DNA of 16,763 nt from Minisyncoccia bacterium (lineage in GTDB: Bacteria; Patescibacteriota; Minisyncoccia; SW-4-49-11), in the NCBI GenBank assembly GCA_044356725.1, contig JBIKVS010000016.1:1-16763 (forward strand), in the 5' to 3' direction. The position numbers and the translations under genes were made by a program. This document shows positions 8,277 to 15,712 of this stretch, in pieces (position 1 is the stretch's first letter; every line of letters starts with the position of its first letter). Under the pieces are notes generated by a model, which saw only the letters and a list, made by a program, of their open reading frames with translations, had not been told where the DNA came from and ran no database searches.

Positions 8277-9065
8277 CTATCTTATTACGAATGAATCTAA
8301 CATTCTTTGATATATTTCTTGATAAGTTGTAGTTTTATTATAGCATAAATATAGAGATTTTTCATCTATATCTAATTTTTTCTCACAAGTGCCAGCTGGA
8401 TAATTTGGTTGTTGTGAAGCTATATCGATTATAAACTCGAAACCATTATTGGCTGTGAATTTAACTGGATAAATACTTCTATCACTCACATTAACAAAAT
8501 CTGGATATTGCAATTCAAAGTTAGGATTATCAAAGTTTTGCCAAGACTTAACTTCAGCAAAAGATTTAACAGCAGGATTAGTATTAGAACTTTCTGTAAT
8601 ATTACTTATCTTTACTAGCCAGGGTTTATTAGGATATTTTTCGACTAAATAATCATATAATTTGGTATATTCGCCAGTTGACTCATCAAACAAAGGGGTT
8701 CCTCCCATATAAATAGTATCTGGTTTATCTCCATATTGATTGTAGCCATTTTTTTCTAACCAAGCTTCTATTTGAGATTTTTCCGATTCTGGTAGATCTA
8801 GGTTGAGGTCTTGTTTATCTATATTAGGATCTTGAATTTCTAATTCTGTATATTGAGTATAGGTAATTCCATTATAATTACATCTAGCTGGTATAACTTG
8901 TAGCACAACTCCACCATTAGCCTCAACACAAGAATTAAAATCATTAACCACTATTTTAGGATCATCTAATAAAATAAAATACCAATATAATGCTCCTATA
9001 ATTATAAACACTACTAATACCAGTGGAAAGATTAATTTTGGATTTTTATTTAACCATTCTTTCAT
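8277..9065 (-). CDS. Hypothetical single-pass membrane-anchored extracellular protein
   Basis: N-terminal TM; Cys-pair module FNSCVEANG..PARC; central NQYGD..T.YMGGTPLFDE.TG..PW motif; C-terminal WQNF..FELQYP region with another Cys pair. Confidence 0.8.
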   Translation of the reverse strand: MKEWLNKNPKLIFPLVLVVFIIIGALYWYFILLDDPKIVVNDFNSCVEANGGVVLQVIPARCNYNGITYTQYTELEIQDPNIDKQDLNLDLPESEKSQIEAWLEKNGYNQYGDKPDTIYMGGTPLFDESTGEYTKLYDYLVEKYPNKPWLVKISNITESSNTNPAVKSFAEVKSWQNFDNPNFELQYPDFVNVSDRSIYPVKFTANNGFEFIIDIASQQPNYPAGTCEKKLDIDEKSLYLCYNKTTTYQEIYQRMLDSFVIR

Positions 9066-9081
9066 ATTTTTAATTTAATTA

Positions 9082-11682
9082 TTATTTACCATGACACTTT
9101 TTATACTTTTTCCCACTACCACAAGGGCAAGGATCATTACGCCCGACTCTCGTAATAGTCTCTCCTGATATCATATTTTGTGGTTGCTCTACTTGAGTAT
9201 TCAAAGTTGGCTCTACTCTTAGAATGGTATTAATATAGTTAGTTTGAATAGAGGTTAATAATTTTTCAAATAACATAAAGGCCTCATTTTTATATTCAAT
9301 CAAAGGGTCTCTTTGAGCATAACCTCGAAGTCTAATACCGGTCTTGAGATAGTCTATAATTTCTAAATGATCCATCCATAAATTATCTAATGTTTGAATA
9401 TAAACTGAATTCATAATAGCTTGTAGTTGCTCTTCTGAAATAGAGCTAAATCTATTTTGCAATATATCTTCTATTGTCTTTACTAAATAATCGGTAATGG
9501 CTTCTTTTTTACTATCTATAGTCCCTTCCTGGTCTCTAATATTTTCTAAATTATTACCAAAATCTAATTTACTTCCAATTAAACCATTAATATCCTCTTT
9601 GATAGCCTTCAAATCCCACTCTCTTGTACTTTCACTAGTTGTATAGAAAGAAACGACTTTGTATACATTTTCTTTAATTAAATCCGTAGTTTGTTCCTGT
9701 AAATCTGTTTTTTGTAGAATTATATCTCGTCTTTTGCGATATACAATTTCTCGCTGTTTATTCAATACATCGTCGTATTCTAATAAATGTTTACGAGAGT
9801 CAAAATGAAATCCTTCAATCTTTGTCTGAGCACCTTCAATAGATTTAGCAATCAAAACATTCTCAATTGGCTCATCTTCAGGAAAGTTAAATCTCTCCAT
9901 CAAGCCCTTAATTCGCTCACCCCCGAAGATTCTCATAATTTCATCATCAAGTGAAAGATAAAACTGAGTTGTCCCAATCTCTCCCTGTCTACCAGACCTT
10001 CCTCTCAGCTGATTATCTATTCTCCTTGCCTCATGTCTTTCACTACCGATTACATAAAGTCCTCCTAATTCTAAAATCTCTTGTTTTTCTTCTTCTGTAG
10101 CAGCAGCTCCTCCTAGCTTAATGTCCACACCACGACCTGCCATATTAGTAGCAATAGTAATAGCCCCCTTTTTACCGGCATCGGCAATGATTAAACCTTC
10201 AGCTTCATGCTGTTTAGCATTCAGAATTGTATACTTCAGTCCAAATTTATCGAAAACTTGACCTAAAGCCTCACTCTTTTCAATAGAAGCTGTACCTAAT
10301 AATACTGGTTGTCCTTTTTGTGACAATTCTTTTACCTTTCTAGCTATTGCTTGGAATTTAGCTTTTTCATTTTTATAAACCACATCAGCTAAATCAACTC
10401 TCTTAATCTCTCTATTGGTTGGCATAATTACCACATCCAAATCATACACTTTATGAAATTCCTCCGCACTAGTCACCGCTGTACCAGTCATACCGGCCAA
10501 CTTATCATACATACGGAAGTAATTTTGCAGAGTAATCGAAGCTAGAGTTTTAGACTCTTGCTGTACAGTGACACCTTCTTTGGCTTCTATAGCTTGATGC
10601 AAACCTTCCGAGTATCTTCTACCAGGAGTTAATCTACCAGTAAATTGATCTACAATTATAATCTCCCCATCTTTAACTACATATTCTTTGTCTAAATGAA
10701 ATAAAGCCTGAGCCTTGAGAGCTTGTTCTAAATGATGTACAAAGGCAATACCCTTTTCTTCATATATATTATTTATATTCAGAGCTTTTTCTACCTTATC
10801 TATTCCAGATTCTGTGATATTTACAGTTCGCATTTTCTCATCTACAGTATAATCTGTCTCAGCCTTCAGATTAGGTATAATAGATGCAAAAGTTTTATAG
10901 AGAATAGGAGATTCTGCATCAGGCATAGAGATAATCAATGGTGTTCTCGCCTCATCAATCAAAACACTATCCACCTCATCTACAATGGCAAAATAATACT
11001 CTCTTTGTACCATATTATCCCTAGAAGTAGCCATATTATCTCTAAGATAATCAAATCCAAATTCATTATTAGTCCCATAAGTAATATCCGCCTCATAGGC
11101 TGCTTTACGAGTGACTGAAGTCAAAAATTCAGCTTCCACCTCATAAGAACCTTTTTCATCTCTTTCTCTATCTTCCTCAGGCACTTCCTTGTATAAATAA
11201 GAACCCTCCCCTGTCACAATACCTAAAGAAAGCCCCAAAAAATTATAAATTTGCCCCATCCAGACCGCATCTCTTTTGGCAAGATAATCATTTACCGTCA
11301 CTACATGCACTCCCCTACCAGTCAGAGCATTTAATACAGTTGGCAAGGTTGCTACCAGAGTTTTACCTTCCCCAGTTCTCATCTCAGCAATTTTACCTTG
11401 ATGCAAAACAATACCTCCAATTAACTGCACATCAAAATGTCGCTGTCCTAAAGTCCTCCTAGAAGCTTCTCGTACTATCGCAAATACTTGTGGTAAAACT
11501 TCATCCAGACTAGTACCCCGCTCCTGTATATCTAATTTTATTTGTGAAATCTCCGACTTTAACTCTTCATCTGACTTAGCTTTATAAGTCTCTTCTAGTG
11601 AATTAATCGTATCTACAAATGGTTGAATTTTTGATAATGTTTTAGAATTTGGGTCTCCGAATATTTTTTGTAAAAATGTCAT
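9082..11682 (-). CDS. secA: Preprotein translocase subunit SecA
   Basis: AEMRTGEGKT, VTVNDYLA, DEVDSVLIDEARTPLIIS, ATNMAGRG, QLRGRSGRQG and C-terminal SEC-C motif GRNDPCPCGSGKKYKKCHG. Confidence 0.99.
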   Translation of the reverse strand: MTFLQKIFGDPNSKTLSKIQPFVDTINSLEETYKAKSDEELKSEISQIKLDIQERGTSLDEVLPQVFAIVREASRRTLGQRHFDVQLIGGIVLHQGKIAEMRTGEGKTLVATLPTVLNALTGRGVHVVTVNDYLAKRDAVWMGQIYNFLGLSLGIVTGEGSYLYKEVPEEDRERDEKGSYEVEAEFLTSVTRKAAYEADITYGTNNEFGFDYLRDNMATSRDNMVQREYYFAIVDEVDSVLIDEARTPLIISMPDAESPILYKTFASIIPNLKAETDYTVDEKMRTVNITESGIDKVEKALNINNIYEEKGIAFVHHLEQALKAQALFHLDKEYVVKDGEIIIVDQFTGRLTPGRRYSEGLHQAIEAKEGVTVQQESKTLASITLQNYFRMYDKLAGMTGTAVTSAEEFHKVYDLDVVIMPTNREIKRVDLADVVYKNEKAKFQAIARKVKELSQKGQPVLLGTASIEKSEALGQVFDKFGLKYTILNAKQHEAEGLIIADAGKKGAITIATNMAGRGVDIKLGGAAATEEEKQEILELGGLYVIGSERHEARRIDNQLRGRSGRQGEIGTTQFYLSLDDEIMRIFGGERIKGLMERFNFPEDEPIENVLIAKSIEGAQTKIEGFHFDSRKHLLEYDDVLNKQREIVYRKRRDIILQKTDLQEQTTDLIKENVYKVVSFYTTSESTREWDLKAIKEDINGLIGSKLDFGNNLENIRDQEGTIDSKKEAITDYLVKTIEDILQNRFSSISEEQLQAIMNSVYIQTLDNLWMDHLEIIDYLKTGIRLRGYAQRDPLIEYKNEAFMLFEKLLTSIQTNYINTILRVEPTLNTQVEQPQNMISGETITRVGRNDPCPCGSGKKYKKCHGK

Positions 11683-11716
11683 ATACTATATTTTCTATCG
11701 ATTAATCTATTTATAT

Positions 11717-11745
11717 AGTATACGCTAATTTTAAGGAAAGTTCAA
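11717..11745 (-). promoter_or_regulatory. Sigma70 promoter for secA, TTGAAC-17-TATACT
   Basis: Minus strand TTGAAC TTTCCTTAAAATTAGCG TATACT, about 35 nt upstream of the secA ATG. Confidence 0.6.
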
Positions 11746-11754
11746 ATTGAATTA

Positions 11755-12885
11755 TTATAAGCCACCACAACCAGATTTTGGACTTCCAGTAGTTTTAACT
11801 TTTGATGGATCTGGATTTCTTGAACTATCTAAAAGAATATCATATGGATTAACTGTTGAACCGTTGATAAAAACATCGAAATGTAAATGAGGTACACCCT
11901 CTGATCCTTTTTCCCCTAATTTTGCAATTTCTTGTCCAGCTTTTACTTCTTGCCCCACAGATACTGAAACTACACTATTATGAGTATATCTTGTTTCAAC
12001 TCCATCTTTATGCCTAATTCTAACATCATTTAATCCTCTTTCATTAATTTTTATTACTGTCCCGTCTCTAAAAGCTAATATAGGTTGACTTCCCCATCCT
12101 TGACGATTAAATGGTACCCCACCTGGAACAACATCTGCCCAGCAAGGAGTAAAATCTATGCCCGTATGCGGTCCATACTCTCTGGGGGCTCCATAAAGTT
12201 GTCCACCAGATGGTCCCTGATATAAATAAGTAACTGGAAACACACTCTCACCAGGTTTTGGGACAATATTAGATGGTCCAGCTGGACCTCCTATAGTAGA
12301 GCCACTCCCAACCGAAGGTATACTACAATTACCCTGCAATAAACCTGGATTTATAACATTTATAATTATAAATATAGACAAACCTATAATCAATCCTGTA
12401 ATAGTATTAGTAAATATTTCCTTAGCCTGATTTACCTTACCAGCATTGACACCTGCAGTTACATAAATATAACCTCCATACAAAAACATTCCCAATACTG
12501 AGGTTAATAATACTGCAAACCCTAAATACCATAAACCAGTCATTAGCTGACATAAATTACTTATTCTACCTACTCCTGGGAAATTAGTATATGACTCATA
12601 GGTAACAGTACCTGCTGTAGTGGTCGGAGTAGTTGATTGTGTAGTTGGTGTTTGAGGTGTGGTCTGCCCAGTGGTTGGTGGAGTGTTTGTTCTTCGATTC
12701 TCATTTTGAGTATTAGTACCAGCATTAGGAAGTGTAGTTGGTTGACTATTTTCAGTTATAATTGGATTAGCATCTGGTAATTGCGGCCTGTTCTCAAATC
12801 TATCATTCTGAGCAAATACAGTCTGAAAGTTAAATACTATTAAAAATAATATTGCACCTTTTAAAAATAAATTTTTATTATTCAT
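11755..12885 (-). CDS. CPR pilin (VirB2/TrbC-like two-helix hairpin) fused to a C-terminal M23 peptidase
   Basis: Signal peptide (..VFA), P/T/Q-rich linker, pilin core (GGYIYVTAG..KVNQAKEIFTNTITGLII..INPGLL), then M23 motifs H240TGID244, A..DGTV, RYTH, V.VGQ.VKAGQ.IA.LG and PH333LH335F. Confidence 0.88.
   Translation of the reverse strand: MNNKNLFLKGAILFLIVFNFQTVFAQNDRFENRPQLPDANPIITENSQPTTLPNAGTNTQNENRRTNTPPTTGQTTPQTPTTQSTTPTTTAGTVTYESYTNFPGVGRISNLCQLMTGLWYLGFAVLLTSVLGMFLYGGYIYVTAGVNAGKVNQAKEIFTNTITGLIIGLSIFIIINVINPGLLQGNCSIPSVGSGSTIGGPAGPSNIVPKPGESVFPVTYLYQGPSGGQLYGAPREYGPHTGIDFTPCWADVVPGGVPFNRQGWGSQPILAFRDGTVIKINERGLNDVRIRHKDGVETRYTHNSVVSVSVGQEVKAGQEIAKLGEKGSEGVPHLHFDVFINGSTVNPYDILLDSSRNPDPSKVKTTGSPKSGCGGL
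12316..12621 (-). repeat. Pilin core, direct repeat copy (306 bp; partner 14278-14583)
   Basis: 95 of 102 aa identical between the two pilins by manual alignment; includes a 47-nt perfect DNA match. Confidence 0.9.
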
Positions 12886-12961
12886 ATTTTAATTTTTGTA
12901 AAATTATAAGGCAAGCAGTTGTCTTGTTTACCCTAAGTAGCAGAGCGGGTAGAGGGATTCG
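12862..12961 (-). repeat. About 100-bp direct repeat: tRNA-Gly 3' end + leader + first 8 codons of pilin (partner 15286-15384)
   Basis: Only 2 substitutions and 1 indel between the copies by manual alignment. Confidence 0.92.
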
Positions 12962-13016
12962 AACCCTCATCATCTGCTTGGAAGGCAGAGATAATTAGCC
13001 CTTATACGATACCCGC
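12944..13016 (-). tRNA. tRNA-Gly (TCC), copy 2
   Basis: Acceptor stem GCGGGTA/TACCCGC, anticodon arm TCTGC-CTTCCAA-GCAGA, T arm GAGGG-TTCGAAT-CCCTC; CCA not encoded. Confidence 0.96.
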
Positions 13017-13025
13017 ATTGAGCAT

Positions 13026-13035
13026 ATTATAGCAT
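13026..13035 (-). promoter_or_regulatory. Extended -10 promoter (TGcTATAAT) for tRNA-Gly copy 2
   Basis: Minus strand ATGCTATAAT ends 9 nt upstream of the tRNA 5' end. Confidence 0.6.
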
Positions 13036-13071
13036 ATTTTTTATAAAATGTACAGAGTAAAATTTATCACT

Positions 13072-13815
13072 TTATTCCACAATTACAGATTCATACCAAT
13101 ACTTACCTTTCATACTACCATCATAGCTTAATTCCTGATTGCCAGCATTTACAAAGATTAACTTACTTATAGCTGAGCCATCTTCAGTTGGCTTTACAAA
13201 AAACTTATTATTTATATCAGCATAATTAGCACAAGTTTGAGTAGAGTTTTTAGGCTTAATACTATATCTACCATTTTTTTCCTCTACTCTACACCCTACT
13301 TTTTCATCAGCTATTAATATTTGTTGAGTTATAATCTCTGGAATAGTATTAAATCTAAGATTAGGGTCAATATTTATAACTTCTATTGATTGACCGGATT
13401 CTTTAGGCCTATCAACACTATGTAGATATATAGTACCAGAATTGGTAGCAAAGTCTGAAGGAGTTATCATAAAATATTCTTCTGAATTTATCGATGCTCT
13501 AATTTCATATGAAAGTGCAATACCAAACTCTTCAGAATAAAAGTAATCAATAAACTCCGAGCTTCTAGAATCTGGTAATTTATTCCTAAGATTCGTAGGC
13601 ATACTTCCTAGGGCTCTAAACCGTAAATCACCACTTCCTTCTATAATATTGTCAATTGCTGTGTTTGTACTAATCAATACATCTTCTTCTCTATTTTCAA
13701 CATTAATTTCTTGCACCATCGAAGATCTGTTACCTAATAATACATAAACCATAATAATCCCAATAATTACTATACCAATTATTATAATCCCCATAAAAAC
13801 TTTTTTTCTATTCAT
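13072..13815 (-). CDS. Hypothetical membrane-anchored protein, cotranscribed with the 495-aa pilin
   Basis: 247-aa ORF starting 6 nt after the pilin stop; KK plus hydrophobic N-terminal anchor; soluble domain with 2 Cys. Confidence 0.8.
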   Translation of the reverse strand: MNRKKVFMGIIIIGIVIIGIIMVYVLLGNRSSMVQEINVENREEDVLISTNTAIDNIIEGSGDLRFRALGSMPTNLRNKLPDSRSSEFIDYFYSEEFGIALSYEIRASINSEEYFMITPSDFATNSGTIYLHSVDRPKESGQSIEVINIDPNLRFNTIPEIITQQILIADEKVGCRVEEKNGRYSIKPKNSTQTCANYADINNKFFVKPTEDGSAISKLIFVNAGNQELSYDGSMKGKYWYESVIVE

Positions 13816-13821
13816 AAATAT

Positions 13822-15309
13822 CTACCTTAAAGGATATTGTTGAAGTACTTGACGCTCTGCCGTTAGCATCTCGTCCAATGCTGCACTTGATACATTACCG
13901 TTTGGGAATCCTAAGTGAATATGTGTTGGATGTCCTGCAGGATCAGTTATAGGACCAAAAAATTGAATTCCATATTTTCTAGCAATAGGACTCCATGCCC
14001 TATCTAGTGCTTGCATCCTAGGAAGCCAAACTGATTGAGGTTCACCTGGCCTCCTCCAATCTGTAATATCTAAGGCTTTATCTTGATAATGTAAAGAACC
14101 AATAGAGTGCCCCCCAGTGATTGGTCTACCACCATTCCAAGCTGAATGTTCTCTTACTCTTAATCCCATTCTACTTTCAATAAACCTTCCTACCTCCACA
14201 ACACTTGCAGTTGGACCACTAGTAACAGGTCCCCCAAAAGTAGGCTGACCAGCTCCAGTACCTGTACTACCTATAGGTGGTATACTACAATTTCCTTGTA
14301 ATAACCCTGGATTTATAACATTTATAATTATAAATATAGACAACCCTATAATCAACCCTGTGATGGTATTAGTAAATATTTCCTTAGCCTGATTTACCTT
14401 ACCAGCATTGACTCCCGCGGTTACATAGATATACCCTCCCCACAAAAACATTCCTAATACTGAGGTTAATAATACTGCAAATCCTAATAGCCACAGAGCG
14501 TTCATTAACTGGCATAAACTACTAATCCTTCCAACTCCTGGGAAATTAGTATAAGATTGATAGCTCACTGTCCCTGCTGTGGTGCTAGCTGAGCTAGTAC
14601 TAGCTGTAGATGAGGAGTCTGTAGCCGCCCCTCCTGCAGCACTAGTAATAGCCGCATCATATTCCTGATAAGATTGATATTCTTCTGGCTTAATTATGAC
14701 TACTCTATCTCCGAATTTAGCTTTTATTTTGGCTGCTATAGCATCTGTTACATCTCTTTCTGAGAATCCGTTATATTCTGCTGCTCCAGTAGCATTAGCA
14801 TTACTATAAGTATTGCCTCCTGGAGTATCAGGAATTCGTCGTCTTGTATGATCCATTGGGATAATAATTTTACTACCACTCCCTACATTTGGAGCTATAA
14901 CATTGTCAATAAGATCTGTAACATAAGGGCTATTAGCAACTCCAGTTGGAGTCCCATATTGATCTAATAATAATCTATGTGCACCAACTTCTATTAAAGC
15001 TGCATTTGTAACTCCTGCGCTATTAGCTACACTTAGAGTTTTATTTGCTTGATTTACAGCAGTTGTCCCAACTCCTGGTTTCTTGCGAATACTGAATCTG
15101 TCTGCTGACGCACTAAGACCAGATTGTAATGAATTTGCAAATGTACCAGAACCTATCACATGAGCTCCTCCCTCATATCCTCCTGGCGTATACGCATCTG
15201 TATGTATAGAGACAACTGAGACTCCTTGTCCGTATACAAAATTAAAATTAAAGGCTGCTATTGTGATTATAGTTATAGCAACTTGTAAAAATAAATTTTT
15301 ATTATTCAT
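13822..15309 (-). CDS. CPR pilin fused to an N-terminal circularly permuted Amidase_3-like domain and a C-terminal M15/LAS-type Zn peptidase-like domain
   Basis: Signal peptide; VSIH36, ALIE107VG, IIIPMDH154, E184RDVTDAIA; S/T linker; pilin core; SLH407YQDKALD414 and H463IH465LG. Confidence 0.78.
   Translation of the reverse strand: MNNKNLFLQVAITIITIAAFNFNFVYGQGVSVVSIHTDAYTPGGYEGGAHVIGSGTFANSLQSGLSASADRFSIRKKPGVGTTAVNQANKTLSVANSAGVTNAALIEVGAHRLLLDQYGTPTGVANSPYVTDLIDNVIAPNVGSGSKIIIPMDHTRRRIPDTPGGNTYSNANATGAAEYNGFSERDVTDAIAAKIKAKFGDRVVIIKPEEYQSYQEYDAAITSAAGGAATDSSSTASTSSASTTAGTVSYQSYTNFPGVGRISSLCQLMNALWLLGFAVLLTSVLGMFLWGGYIYVTAGVNAGKVNQAKEIFTNTITGLIIGLSIFIIINVINPGLLQGNCSIPPIGSTGTGAGQPTFGGPVTSGPTASVVEVGRFIESRMGLRVREHSAWNGGRPITGGHSIGSLHYQDKALDITDWRRPGEPQSVWLPRMQALDRAWSPIARKYGIQFFGPITDPAGHPTHIHLGFPNGNVSSAALDEMLTAERQVLQQYPLR
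14278..14583 (-). repeat. Pilin core, direct repeat copy (partner 12316-12621)
   Basis: Encodes TTAGTV...GNCSIP, nearly identical to the other pilin. Confidence 0.9.
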
Positions 15310-15384
15310 ATTTTAATTTTTGTAAAGTTATAAGGCAAGCAGTTGTCTTGTTTACCCTAAGTGCTGAGCGGGTAGAGGGATTCG
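15286..15384 (-). repeat. About 100-bp direct repeat including an 18-nt tRNA-Gly 3' fragment (15367-15384)
   Basis: Matches 12862-12961; its last 49 nt (15336-15384) also match 15497-15545 with 2 substitutions. Confidence 0.92.
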
Positions 15385-15512
15385 GTCACAAATAATTTTC
15401 CTGACGAAAAATTTTCGCTACCCCGTCTCGCGGTGTTCGCCTTGTACTTCGTACAAACTCACACATCGCTCCGACTTTCTCATCCCTCTCGAAAGACAAG
15501 CAGTTGTCTTTC
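15367..15512 (-). other. tRNA-linked structured mini-element (161-bp repeat period)
   Basis: AGAGGGAT (15489-15482) pairs with the tRNA-derived ATCCCTCT (15381-15374), enclosing hairpins such as TTGTAC-GAA-GTACAA (15442-15456). Preceded by the hairpin GAAAGACAA-CTGC-TTGTCTTTC (15491-15512). Confidence 0.65.
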
Positions 15513-15527
15513 TTACCCTAAGTGCTG

Positions 15528-15600
15528 AGCGGGTAGAGGGATTCGAACCCTCATCATCTGCTTGGAAGGCAGAGATAATTAGCCCTTATACGATACCCGC
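15528..15600 (-). tRNA. tRNA-Gly (TCC), copy 1
   Basis: 73 nt identical to 12944-13016; full cloverleaf. Confidence 0.96.
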
Positions 15601-15613
15601 GTTGATATAAAAT

Positions 15614-15642
15614 ATATTAACAAATTTATTGAGTATAGTCAA
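15614..15642 (-). promoter_or_regulatory. Sigma70 promoter for tRNA-Gly copy 1, TTGACT-17-TAATAT
   Basis: Minus strand TTGACT (15642-15637), 17-nt spacer ending TGT, TAATAT (15619-15614). Confidence 0.65.
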
Positions 15643-15673
15643 ATTTTTTATCATTAATTTAATATAATTAGTC

Positions 15674-15702
15674 TTGCAAATTTCACAACTTCAAGGTATA
15701 CT
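15674..15702 (+). promoter_or_regulatory. Sigma70 promoter for tRNA-Trp/fur, TTGCAA-17-TATACT
   Basis: TTGCAA 15674-15679 and TATACT 15697-15702, 10 nt before the tRNA. Confidence 0.7.
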
Positions 15703-15712
15703 TAATCTACTT

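Noticed and set aside
1327-11118. Plus-strand ORFs 1327..1512, 2456..2728, 4866..5183, 6102..6311 and 10732..11118
   Set aside because: Shadow ORFs antisense to well-supported genes (xer, MazG-like, ligase, iscS, secA).
12911-15545. CRISPR array from the thrice-repeated CAAGCAGTTGTCTT..TTACCCTAAGT motif
   Set aside because: Spacing is 161 bp and about 2.4 kb, each copy is tied to a tRNA 3' end, and no cas genes are present.
12944-15600. Duplicated tRNA-Gly as a sign of genetic code 25 (TGA=Gly)
   Set aside because: Both anticodons are TCC, not TCA; TGA ends xer and the M16 gene (ATGA overlap with iscS) at their expected C-termini.
15367-15600. Intron-containing or split tRNA-Gly
   Set aside because: The tRNA at 15528-15600 is already complete; the extra piece is only a duplicated 3' end with no matching 5' acceptor strand or anticodon arm.
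12944-15600. Prophage or classical genomic island between the tRNA repeats
   Set aside because: No integrase or phage genes inside, and both tRNAs are full-length with their own promoters; tandem cassette duplication fits better.
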